This document shows positions 10,061-18,924 of a stretch of DNA of 64,000 bases, piece by piece; the stretch's first letter is position 1; every line of letters starts with the position of its first letter. Source of the DNA: Verrucomicrobiia bacterium (GTDB taxonomy: Bacteria; Verrucomicrobiota; Verrucomicrobiia; Limisphaerales; UBA1319); NCBI GenBank assembly GCA_963664225.1, contig OY760937.1, forward strand, positions 1,984,001 through 2,048,000. The letters run 5' to 3'. A program made the translations under genes and the position numbers. The notes under the pieces were generated by a model. The model had not been told where the DNA came from. It searched no databases and was given only the letters and a program-made list of their open reading frames with translations.

Positions 10061-13000
10061 TTATTGTTGTTCCACTTTGAGGCGATAAAACCGTTGAGCC
10101 GCCCGTTCGATGTCGGTCAGATCGCGCACGGTGATTTCTTCAGTCGTTCCCAGATCCGCACGTCGGGTTTCGACCAGATAGTTGGTTCCCGAATTCCACA
10201 GGGCCAGGTCACCCGAAACCTCCGGCACACAGAGCACATCGGTCGCTGATTTGGAATGCGTGTAGGTCAGAGTGAAATAATTGAAGGTGTCCAACGCGAT
10301 GCGTCCGGCGGTCAATGTATTGCGTGGCGCAATCACCTTGGGCGACAGGCCCAGCGCGTATTTGAGCAGGTTGGAGATTCCATCGCCAGCCGGTGTGGCC
10401 AAAGGTCCGCTCACGGGATCGTTCATGAGTTCGTCCGCCGTGAATTGCATAAAGCGCCAGCGGTCGAACGCCGTATCCCGGGACATGAGGATTTGATACC
10501 AGATCGTGGCGGTGTTGGTTGAAATTTCGATGACCGCAAGACCGTTTGTGCCGCCCACGGTCAACTCGCCCTTGCGCTGTCCGCGTTCGTCGAGCGCAAA
10601 AACCCGCACCCGCTCAGGCGCAACCGGCAGCGTCAGTGTCAGCGGCACCACTTCCGCCAGCACCGGCGCGTGGCCCCAATTCATCCCCACCGAGGTTCGC
10701 GTGGCGTCCTTCCACTGCATGCCCGTGTTGCTGACCTCCCCGCAAACCACCATCAGGGCCGTGCCGCCATGGGAGAAATCCTCGCCGCTGGTCAGGGTCA
10801 GGCCGACCGTGCACCACCCGAGTTGCGAGGTCCCCGGCTGGATTTTCACATCACCCAAGTCGATGGATTGGCCCGCTGGAAATCCGCTGAAAATGCGCGT
10901 CTTCGGCGTGTTGATCCGCAAGGTCCCCTTCCCTGCCGTGGTCGTGTTCCAGGTCAACTCCCCGGTGTCCGACGCCACCACGCTGCCTGCCGGAGCCGCT
11001 GGCGGCGTGGCCAGGCCGGTGGCGTTTGTGCCCACGGACATGCTCAACCGGCTCGCGAACGCCAGTTTCCCGGGCATCCCCAATTGCTCGCTGCTCATCA
11101 CGCTCCACGAGGTGCCGTGGCTTTTAATCGCATCCAGTTCGGTATCCGGAGTCACAGGCAGTGTGTATTCCTTTTGCGCGGCCTGAACATCGCCCCTGCG
11201 AAAAATCGCCGCAGCCAGCATCAGGTTGGCCATCTTGGTGGGATGCTGCCACAGATCGAAGTAACTGTGAAAATAACCCGCCCCGGCGGTGTCATTTCCC
11301 GCGCCATAATCGAACATCCACAACCCATCCCAATCCTGCAACGCCCCATAGGCCGCGAGCATCACGGGCCCCTCGGCCCCGTAATCGTTGGGCGAGGGAT
11401 GTTGATATTCGGTGACCGTGAACGGCTTTCCACGCACCCGCTGACGCGCGAGTCCGGCGATTGTGTTGTCATCGCCCAGCGTGTTCACCATGGAGGTATT
11501 GGGAATGTACCAATTCACCCCATCCCACGGGATGCCGGGAAATGACGGGTGCTGCCAATACGCATGGCCGTCCACCACGTCCATCTCCGACTGAACACTC
11601 GGGGGACTGTTTGCAATAATGGTCCCAAAGATCAGCCCATGGTAACCGCACGCACTGCGCAGATGCGTCACCATCGCCTGATAATAGCGATGCTCCAGAT
11701 CGCGCAGGAAACAAATCCAGTCCTTGCGGGCCTCCTGGGTAAACTGGCCGGCCGCGTTATTGTAAGTCACGTTGGGCACCGTGCCCTGCGCCAGACTTGC
11801 GCCAGCGGGCAACACGCCGATGCGTCCGCCCGGCTGCAGCGTCACGTTCGCGATCCACACCGCCACTTTCTGTGTGGCAAAACCACCGAAATTCGCCCGC
11901 GCGTTTGTGTCGGAGGATGTGGTCTGAAAAGTGGCCGTGAACTGTTGCCAATTGGTGGTGAGCTTCACCGTTTGCCCAAAGCCCAGCCCCTCCCAATTCG
12001 CATGGGCCTGCATCATGGAGGTGTCCATGGTGGTGTCCTGGCTGGCCTTGGCCCAATAGCTGAACACATACGGCTGCGCATTGGTCAGGCGCAGACCCGG
12101 CTGGTTGAGCTGGATGTACCATCCGGCGGTTCCCACGGTGACCATCTGAATCTTTGCCGCTGGCGCTCCATTAAAATCCTTGGTCACTGTGAACTGCGCA
12201 TCCGCCACATCATGTTTTTCAGTCACCCAGTTATTGTAACCGTTGGTGAACGACCCATTGCGCAGCATCGACGCGCCCAGCGGCTGGTCGATGATTTTCC
12301 AGGTCTGCCGCAAAGTGGCGTCATTGGTGTAACGCGCGCGCAGCCAGTCGTTCCAACGCGTTTGCAGCGGAGTCTGGAACACTGCCGGGAATTTATCCAG
12401 CGAACCTTCGAACCACTTCTGAATCATCCCGTTCTCGTTCATGATCTCCACGAACGCCACCGCCGGATCCGCCGCCAGCGTCAAACCCGTATGCGGATTT
12501 ATGGGAGTCAGCACGCGCGTGGCGTATTCCTGATGCAGGGCCAGCGCGGGATCGTAAAAGAACCCCAGCACGTGCCGGTCCTTCCAGTCCATGGTCTCCA
12601 CTTCCGCAGGCAGGCCGTCCGCCGTATGAAACACCCGGCCCACGAGCAGATTCACATCGGAGTAAATCCCGTGCGCCTTCAGACGCGATACCATGTATTG
12701 CACCCGGTCAAGCTGCTGGGGGTTGATGGGACGGCTGGAACCGCTCTTGTAATCGATCAGACCGCCGTTCGCCGCCCAATCAGAGTCCATGTGATGAAGG
12801 CGGACGCAATTGACGCCAAACTTGGCCAGGCGCGCCGCCATTCCATCCGCGCGATTGGTGGGCGCAAACGGACTGTCTGCCGCAAAGTTGACGCCCAGAA
12901 AACGAATGCGCTGACCGCGCGCCTCGAAATGCCCCTCGGCGTTTACCGTAACCACATCCCCGGTTCCGCCAGGTCCAATCGGTGTGTTCCATTTCGAAAA

Positions 13001-13135
13001 ATCCGCCGGACCGCCCGTCGCGTCGTCCCAGGGCAACACAAAAGGAGTCTGGGCGGCTTCGACGGTGCAAATCCAAGCCATCAACGCGCAAAACACTCCA
13101 AAACCAGGCAATGGCGTGCGTTTTTCAAATTTCAT
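10061..13135 (-). CDS. Secreted glycoside hydrolase (GH-A clan-like TIM barrel) with inserted CBM4/9-like domain and C-terminal appended domain
   Basis: Signal peptide; RFLGVN, GVNCVRLHHMD, EIMNEN acid/base motif, PFTVTEY nucleophile motif; NGSF..W CBM-like insert. Confidence 0.75.
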   Translation of the reverse strand: MKFEKRTPLPGFGVFCALMAWICTVEAAQTPFVLPWDDATGGPADFSKWNTPIGPGGTGDVVTVNAEGHFEARGQRIRFLGVNFAADSPFAPTNRADGMAARLAKFGVNCVRLHHMDSDWAANGGLIDYKSGSSRPINPQQLDRVQYMVSRLKAHGIYSDVNLLVGRVFHTADGLPAEVETMDWKDRHVLGFFYDPALALHQEYATRVLTPINPHTGLTLAADPAVAFVEIMNENGMIQKWFEGSLDKFPAVFQTPLQTRWNDWLRARYTNDATLRQTWKIIDQPLGASMLRNGSFTNGYNNWVTEKHDVADAQFTVTKDFNGAPAAKIQMVTVGTAGWYIQLNQPGLRLTNAQPYVFSYWAKASQDTTMDTSMMQAHANWEGLGFGQTVKLTTNWQQFTATFQTTSSDTNARANFGGFATQKVAVWIANVTLQPGGRIGVLPAGASLAQGTVPNVTYNNAAGQFTQEARKDWICFLRDLEHRYYQAMVTHLRSACGYHGLIFGTIIANSPPSVQSEMDVVDGHAYWQHPSFPGIPWDGVNWYIPNTSMVNTLGDDNTIAGLARQRVRGKPFTVTEYQHPSPNDYGAEGPVMLAAYGALQDWDGLWMFDYGAGNDTAGAGYFHSYFDLWQHPTKMANLMLAAAIFRRGDVQAAQKEYTLPVTPDTELDAIKSHGTSWSVMSSEQLGMPGKLAFASRLSMSVGTNATGLATPPAAPAGSVVASDTGELTWNTTTAGKGTLRINTPKTRIFSGFPAGQSIDLGDVKIQPGTSQLGWCTVGLTLTSGEDFSHGGTALMVVCGEVSNTGMQWKDATRTSVGMNWGHAPVLAEVVPLTLTLPVAPERVRVFALDERGQRKGELTVGGTNGLAVIEISTNTATIWYQILMSRDTAFDRWRFMQFTADELMNDPVSGPLATPAGDGISNLLKYALGLSPKVIAPRNTLTAGRIALDTFNYFTLTYTHSKSATDVLCVPEVSGDLALWNSGTNYLVETRRADLGTTEEITVRDLTDIERAAQRFYRLKVEQQ

Positions 13136-13307
13136 GTCCCCCAGCCTATCAATCCCTGGCTCCGGATACAATCGAACGAATCCAGCAAGAAAGCTCCCGG
13201 GAGCGAGACAAAATTCAGGAGTGCGGGGAGGTTTAACATGGATGGATAGGATGGACAGGATTGGATTTGCGGCAACGGCAGAACCATCGGGCGGGGTTGA
13301 AGACCGG

Positions 13308-13729
13308 CGGGCGGGGATTAAGGCACATTTGAAAACGTTGGATATAGGAACACCGTAAGCCGGTCAGGAGACCGGCGCACCGGGGACACCGCCGGGCGGG
13401 GATTACGGCACATTTGAAAACGTTGGATATAAGAACACCGTAAGCCGGTCAGGAGACCGGCGCACCGGGGACACCGCCGGGCGGGGATTACGGCACATTT
13501 GAAAACGTTGGATACAAGAACACCGTAAGCCGGTCAGGAGACCGGCGCACCGGGGACACCGCCGGGCGGGGATTACGGCACATTTGAAAACGTTGGATAC
13601 AAGAACACCGTAAGCCGGTCAGGAGACCGGCGCACCGGGGACGGCGATGGGCGGGGATCGCGGCACATTTGAAAACGTTGGATATAAGAACACCGTAAGC
13701 CGGTCAGGAGACCGGCGCACCGGGGACGG
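13308..13729. repeat. Tandem array 2: 5 copies of a diverged 85-bp unit, same hairpin family as array 1
   Basis: Identical GCCGGTCAGGAGACCGGC hairpin at 13359 + n*85 (n=0-4); shared CATTTGAAAACGTTGG block. Confidence 0.95.
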
Positions 13730-13836
13730 CGGCGGGCGATCGCGGAGGACCATCGAACGCTTCCATGCGACCCAAATTTGGAGATGGCCCAAAAAAAACA
13801 TGCTTTTCTCTGTGTTTTTTTGCCGCGTGACCCTTC

Positions 13837-13866
13837 TTGCGCAAGTCAGCCATCAACGGTTAAAAT
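13837..13866 (+). promoter_or_regulatory. sigma70-like promoter, leaderless architecture, for dnaE
   Basis: TTGCGC-N18-TAAAAT then 6 nt to ATG; no Shine-Dalgarno. Confidence 0.55.
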
Positions 13867-13872
13867 GTCCCC

Positions 13873-16800
13873 ATGTCGAACGCGGATTTTGTTCACCTGC
13901 ACTTGCACACCGAGTATTCACTGCTCGATGGGGCCTGTCGCCTCGACCGCTTGATGGAGCGGGCGAAGGCGCTGAACTTTCCCGCGCTGGCCATGACCGA
14001 TCACGGCGTCCTCTTTGGCGCGATTGATTTTTACACCGCGGCCAAAAAGAGCGGCATCAAGCCCATCATCGGTTGCGAGATGTATGTGGCGCCCGGCAGC
14101 CGGTTCGACAAAAAATCGAGCCACGGCGGCAAGGACGTTTATCAGCACCTCATTCTCCTGGTCAAAGACGAGGTCGGCTATAAAAACCTGATCCAGCTCG
14201 TCACCGCAGCCCATCTCGAGGGGTATTATTACAAACCACGCATCGACAAGGAGCTGCTCGCCCAAAAGAAGGACGGCCTCATCGTCCTGTCCGCCTGTCT
14301 CGCCGGGGAAATCCCCGACCTCATCATGCGGGGCGAATTGGACAAGGCCCGGGAATCCATCGACTGGTATAAACAGACGTTCGGTCCCGAGAATTATTAT
14401 CTGGAGCTGCAAAACCATCAGCTTCCCGAGCAGGCCACCGTCAACCGCCAGTTGATCGCATGGTCCAAGGAATTCGGGCTGAAGCTCGTGGCGACCAACG
14501 ACGTGCATTACCTCGAGAAAAAGGATTCGCACGCGCACGACTGCCTCATCTGCATCGGCACGCAGACCACGCTCAACGACACCAAGCGGATGCACTACGC
14601 GCCCGAGCAGTTTTATCTGCGCTCGGCGGACGAGATGAAGGCCCTGTTTATCGAAACGCCCGAGGCCATCTCGAACACGCTGGAAATCGCCGAGAAGTGC
14701 AACCTGAAGATCGAGTTTGGCAAGCTCCACTACCCCGTCTTCCAGCCGCCGATCGAACGGTCGCGCGAAAATTATCTCAAGGATCTGGTCGCCGAAGGCT
14801 TGAAAACACGCTACGGAATGAGCGTTCGCGTGGTGGGGGATCAATTTGTCGTAGACGCCATCCAGGACGCGCGCCGTCTGCCCACGTATGTTCCAGACCC
14901 CGCCGACAAGGACGCCAGCAACGCCGCATCGCTGGACAACCCCGCCGTGGCCACCGCCGTTCAACGGATCATGGACCGCGTGGAAATGGAGCTCAAGGTC
15001 ATCGATAAAAGCGGCTTCGTTAGTTACTTCCTGATCGTGGGCGATTTCGTCCGCTACGGCCGCAGCAAGGGCATTTCCTGCGTGGCGCGCGGTTCCGCCG
15101 CAGGTTCCATCGTCACCTACCTGCTGGCCATTTCGAACGTCGATCCCATCCGTTACGCGCTGCTGTTCGAGCGCTTCCTGAATCCCGAGCGCGTCAACCC
15201 GCCCGATATCGACATTGACTTCGCCGACGACCGCCGCGCCGACGTCATCGAATACGTCCGCGAGAAATACGGCCGTGATTCCGTGGCGCAGATTGTCACC
15301 TTCGGCACCATGGGCGCCAAGTCCGTGGTGCGGGATGTCGGTCGCGTCATGAGCCTTTCCTACAGCGACTGCGATCGCCTGGCCAAGATGATCCCCAACG
15401 AATTGAAGATGGATCTGGCCAAGGCGCTCAAGCAATCCCCGGATTTCAAGAACGCCTACGACACCGAGGAGGTCACGCGCGAATTGGTGGATATCGCCTT
15501 CGTGCTCGAGGACCTCACGCGCAACGCCTCGGTCCACGCCGCCGGTGTGGTCATCGGAGATCAACCGCTCGTCAATGTGCTGCCCCTCAAGCAGGACGAG
15601 GACGGCACCATTGTCACGCAATATCCCATGGGGCCGGTCGGCGATCTCGGTTTGCTGAAGATGGACTTTCTGGGTCTCAAGACGCTCACCGTCATTCGCA
15701 ACGCCGTGGAGATGATCAAGGCCACGCGCGGCATCGACCTGCCCATCGACCAGTTGCCGCTGGACGACCCCAAGGCCTTCGCGCTGCTCAACAAGGGCGA
15801 TACCGTCGGCGTGTTCCAGTTGGAATCCGGTGGCATGCGCGATTTGTGCCGAAAATTCAAGATGAGTTCCGTGGAGCACATCACCGCGTTGATCGCGCTC
15901 TACCGGCCCGGCCCCATGGACCTCATCCCTGATTTCATCAAGCGCCGCCATGGCGAGGTCCCCGTGGAATATGAGCATCCGCTGCTCGAACCGATCTGCC
16001 GCGAAACCTACGGCATCATGATTTACCAGGAGCAGGTCATGCAGGCCACGCAGGTCCTGGCGGGATTCACACTGGGCGGCGCCGACCTGTTGCGCCGGGT
16101 GATGAGCAAGAAAAAGGTCGAGGAAATGCAGAAGCACCGCGCGTTGTTCGTCGCGGGTTCCGCCAAAACCAACAACATCCCCGCCGACCGGGCGAACATG
16201 ATTTTCGATCATCTCGAAAAGTTCGCCGGATACGGATTCAACAAATCCCACGCGGCGGCCTACGCCATCGTCTCCTACCAGACCGCGTATCTTAAGGCCA
16301 ATTACCCGGTGGAGTTCCTTTGCGCCATGCTCACCAACGACATGGGCGACACCGCCAAGGTGGCGATCCTGATCGAGGAGGCGCGCGACCTCCACGTCGA
16401 GGTGCTCCCGCCCGATGTCAATGAGAGCCAGGTGGTCTTTGCCCCGGCGCGGGAAGGCACGGTGGTTCGCTTTGGCCTGGCCGCCATCAAGGGCGTTGGC
16501 GAAATCGCCGTGCGCTCCATTCTTGAGGCCCGACAGAAAGGCGGAAAATTCACCTCCCTGAACGACCTCTGCGAACGCGTGGATACCCGCACGGTCAATC
16601 GCAAGGCCCTGGAAGGTCTCATCAAATCCGGCGCGTGCGATACTTACGGACAAACCCGCGCCACGCTTTTCTCGCAGATCGATCACGCCCTGGCCCGCGC
16701 CTCGAGCCTCGCCCAGGACCGCCAGAGCGGTCAGGGCAGCCTGTTTGGTTTGATCGATGACGGCACCACATCAGCTCCCGAATCCGCGATTCAATTGCCC

Positions 16801-17511
16801 GAATGGCCCGAAAGCCAGCGCCTGGCCGCGGAAAAAGAGCTGCTGGGCATCTATGTCACCGGCCATCCCATCAAGCCGTTTCTGCCGTTGATCGAAAAAT
16901 ACTGCACGGCCAACACGGCCGGTCTGGCGGAACTGGCCAACCGCAGCATGGTGCGCCTGGGCGGACTGGTGGCCGCCACCCAGCAGGGCTTCTCCAAGAA
17001 ATCCGGCAAGCCCTACGCCATGACCACTCTCGAGGACATGTATGGCACCGTGCAGGTCCTTTTGATGAACGAGAATTACGACAAATTCCGCCAGTATCTT
17101 GTGGAAGGAAAACCCCTGCTCGTCACGGGTGAAGTGAATAACAGCGAGGACAAGGCCAAGATTTTCCCGCAGGAAATCATGCCTCTCGAGGACACCCCCC
17201 GGCGCTTTACCAAGCAGGTCCAGGTCCGCCTCGATGCCAGCAAAATGTCCGGCCCCCTCCTGATGGAATTGCGCAACATCGTGACCTCGCACGCCGGCAA
17301 ATGCCCGCTGATCCTCTGCATCAAACATTCCAGTGGCGCCTGGGGCATCATCGAGACCAACGAGAAATACAACGTCTCCCCCACCCTCGAATTGCAGCAG
17401 GCCCTGAACAGCAAATTTGGCAAACACGCCTACTTTGCCAAGGCCGACACCGCCCTGCCCGAACGCGCCAAACGCGCCTGGGAGAAGAAAGAAGCCGCGA
17501 CGGAGGAGTAA
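13873..17511 (+). CDS. dnaE: DNA polymerase III alpha subunit
   Basis: FVHLHLHTEYSLLDG PHP motif, RGSAAGS, PDIDIDF, GLLKMDFLGL, YGFNKSH, OB fold. Confidence 0.98.
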   Translation: MSNADFVHLHLHTEYSLLDGACRLDRLMERAKALNFPALAMTDHGVLFGAIDFYTAAKKSGIKPIIGCEMYVAPGSRFDKKSSHGGKDVYQHLILLVKDEVGYKNLIQLVTAAHLEGYYYKPRIDKELLAQKKDGLIVLSACLAGEIPDLIMRGELDKARESIDWYKQTFGPENYYLELQNHQLPEQATVNRQLIAWSKEFGLKLVATNDVHYLEKKDSHAHDCLICIGTQTTLNDTKRMHYAPEQFYLRSADEMKALFIETPEAISNTLEIAEKCNLKIEFGKLHYPVFQPPIERSRENYLKDLVAEGLKTRYGMSVRVVGDQFVVDAIQDARRLPTYVPDPADKDASNAASLDNPAVATAVQRIMDRVEMELKVIDKSGFVSYFLIVGDFVRYGRSKGISCVARGSAAGSIVTYLLAISNVDPIRYALLFERFLNPERVNPPDIDIDFADDRRADVIEYVREKYGRDSVAQIVTFGTMGAKSVVRDVGRVMSLSYSDCDRLAKMIPNELKMDLAKALKQSPDFKNAYDTEEVTRELVDIAFVLEDLTRNASVHAAGVVIGDQPLVNVLPLKQDEDGTIVTQYPMGPVGDLGLLKMDFLGLKTLTVIRNAVEMIKATRGIDLPIDQLPLDDPKAFALLNKGDTVGVFQLESGGMRDLCRKFKMSSVEHITALIALYRPGPMDLIPDFIKRRHGEVPVEYEHPLLEPICRETYGIMIYQEQVMQATQVLAGFTLGGADLLRRVMSKKKVEEMQKHRALFVAGSAKTNNIPADRANMIFDHLEKFAGYGFNKSHAAAYAIVSYQTAYLKANYPVEFLCAMLTNDMGDTAKVAILIEEARDLHVEVLPPDVNESQVVFAPAREGTVVRFGLAAIKGVGEIAVRSILEARQKGGKFTSLNDLCERVDTRTVNRKALEGLIKSGACDTYGQTRATLFSQIDHALARASSLAQDRQSGQGSLFGLIDDGTTSAPESAIQLPEWPESQRLAAEKELLGIYVTGHPIKPFLPLIEKYCTANTAGLAELANRSMVRLGGLVAATQQGFSKKSGKPYAMTTLEDMYGTVQVLLMNENYDKFRQYLVEGKPLLVTGEVNNSEDKAKIFPQEIMPLEDTPRRFTKQVQVRLDASKMSGPLLMELRNIVTSHAGKCPLILCIKHSSGAWGIIETNEKYNVSPTLELQQALNSKFGKHAYFAKADTALPERAKRAWEKKEAATEE

Positions 17512-17697
17512 GGGACGCGCGACAAAAAACCAGAATGGGTTGGGATCACTCGGTAGGACGTAAGACAAAATGCTTTCGTAAGCGAAAAAGGCCTTAAAAT
17601 GGGCATGTGAGTATATTCGAAACAAATATAGCAAGAGTTTCGGGAATGGCCGGGCGCCGATTAAGGGTCCGGCAAAAGCCAGATCTGAAAGGACATA

Positions 17698-17872
17698 CCT
17701 CATCCGGCCTTCTCCCCCCAGGAGAAGGAGAAGTATTGCGAGCCCTGGGTTTATTGCACGGTTTGGAGAATGCCGCCGCGCCGGATTAATTGCCCCACAC
17801 CGCCGACTGGTGTTCTGGCTGGGTTCGTACGGTTTAGGCTTTTACCAGCTTCCTGAGGCTTGTCCTGCGCCC
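17698..17872. repeat. ~175-bp non-coding module homologous to 57043-57216
   Basis: Contains the CCTTCTCC-CCCA-GGAGAAGG hairpin; roughly 85% identical by eye to the right end of the DUF559 repeat cluster. Confidence 0.9.
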
Positions 17873-17951
17873 CACATGATTTTCCATGGGCAAGTGAGGG
17901 AGAATATTCGGAAGAGTGAAAGGGATCTTCGCTTGCGCGTAGCGCTGAAAA

Positions 17952-18344
17952 TCAGACGGTCGGGTGCCATGGCCCCGGGACGAACATTGCTTCATCTTCG
18001 CCCGGCCATGGTGGCATGGTGATGGCGACGACGGATAAGGGTTCGGCTGACGAAGCCCTGAACTGAAATTCAGTACCGAGTGGAATGGTGACGCATACGC
18101 CCGGAACGAGGCTGACGACTTCCTCCCTTGCGGCCTGTCTGCGCCATATTTCGCCCGAGCCAGCGAGGACGTACCAAATCTCCTCGACGGTTCGATGAAC
18201 CACCGCGCGCGCGGTTGTGCCCGCAGGTAATTCGAAGTGGGCCATGCCTCCCCCTTTCAGTCCCAGCAGGACGCGCACATTGGAGCCGTCGGGCGCAACA
18301 ACCGTTGGATCCTGCGGAAGGCGGGTGGTGGAGAAGAGGTTCAT
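17952..18344 (-). CDS. Cupin domain protein
   Basis: APDGS-VR-L, AVVHRTVEEIWYVL-G-G, IPLGTEFQFR, TMPPWPG. Confidence 0.85.
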   Translation of the reverse strand: MNLFSTTRLPQDPTVVAPDGSNVRVLLGLKGGGMAHFELPAGTTARAVVHRTVEEIWYVLAGSGEIWRRQAAREEVVSLVPGVCVTIPLGTEFQFRASSAEPLSVVAITMPPWPGEDEAMFVPGPWHPTV

Positions 18345-18413
18345 GATGACTGCAGTGAAACCATCACTGACTCTGTGGTGATCGTGTTCTTCATGACAAG
18401 AGCATGAAGTCCG

Positions 18414-18707
18414 TCAATTCGAAGCATCGTCAACCTCATAGTCGCAATCACATGAGAGGGCCTGTCCGCCGCATGCAGCACAACGCTCGACGTCACAACT
18501 AAAAACGTGGAACTGCCCCTTAATCACACGGCAATCGTGGCATGGCTGACGGTCAGCACCCCAGTCTTCAGCCTCTTCGCCATAGCGCACACGAATATGC
18601 TTTTTGCCATTAATGATCACTGTCGGCTGCAACTGCGCCGCTTCGATCTGTTCAGGCCAGCCTTTGATCATTCTTTGTCCATTGTAGGTGACGAACTCCT
18701 GGGCCAT
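18414..18707 (-). CDS. Small Cys-rich putative zinc-binding protein (97 aa)
   Basis: MAQEFVTYNG...CHDC...H...CDVERCAACGGQALSCDC. Confidence 0.7.
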   Translation of the reverse strand: MAQEFVTYNGQRMIKGWPEQIEAAQLQPTVIINGKKHIRVRYGEEAEDWGADRQPCHDCRVIKGQFHVFSCDVERCAACGGQALSCDCDYEVDDASN

Positions 18708-18924
18708 ATGAAAACACTGTTGGGAATGCACGCAAATTGAACGGAAATTATCGTTGGATTTTGCATGCGCCCATCTGTCTGCTTCGGATTTCAGATTGAT
18801 TGGCGGCGGCAATGGGGTCAAGAGGGAAATATGGTTTTTGACAGGAGCCACCTTGCCCGCCACATTTCCATTCAATGACATCCCGTTCGAAACGCAATCA
18901 ACCAATGCTGTCATGCGCTTTGAT

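Noticed and set aside
14818..14965. Intein in DnaE
   Set aside because: Too short and lacks the N-terminal C/S and C-terminal HN splice motifs.
13918..16686. Long antisense ORFs (also 53466-55724, 61520-63367, 11549-13249, 43406-44935, 29917-31281)
   Set aside because: Shadow frames of well-supported genes in GC-rich DNA.
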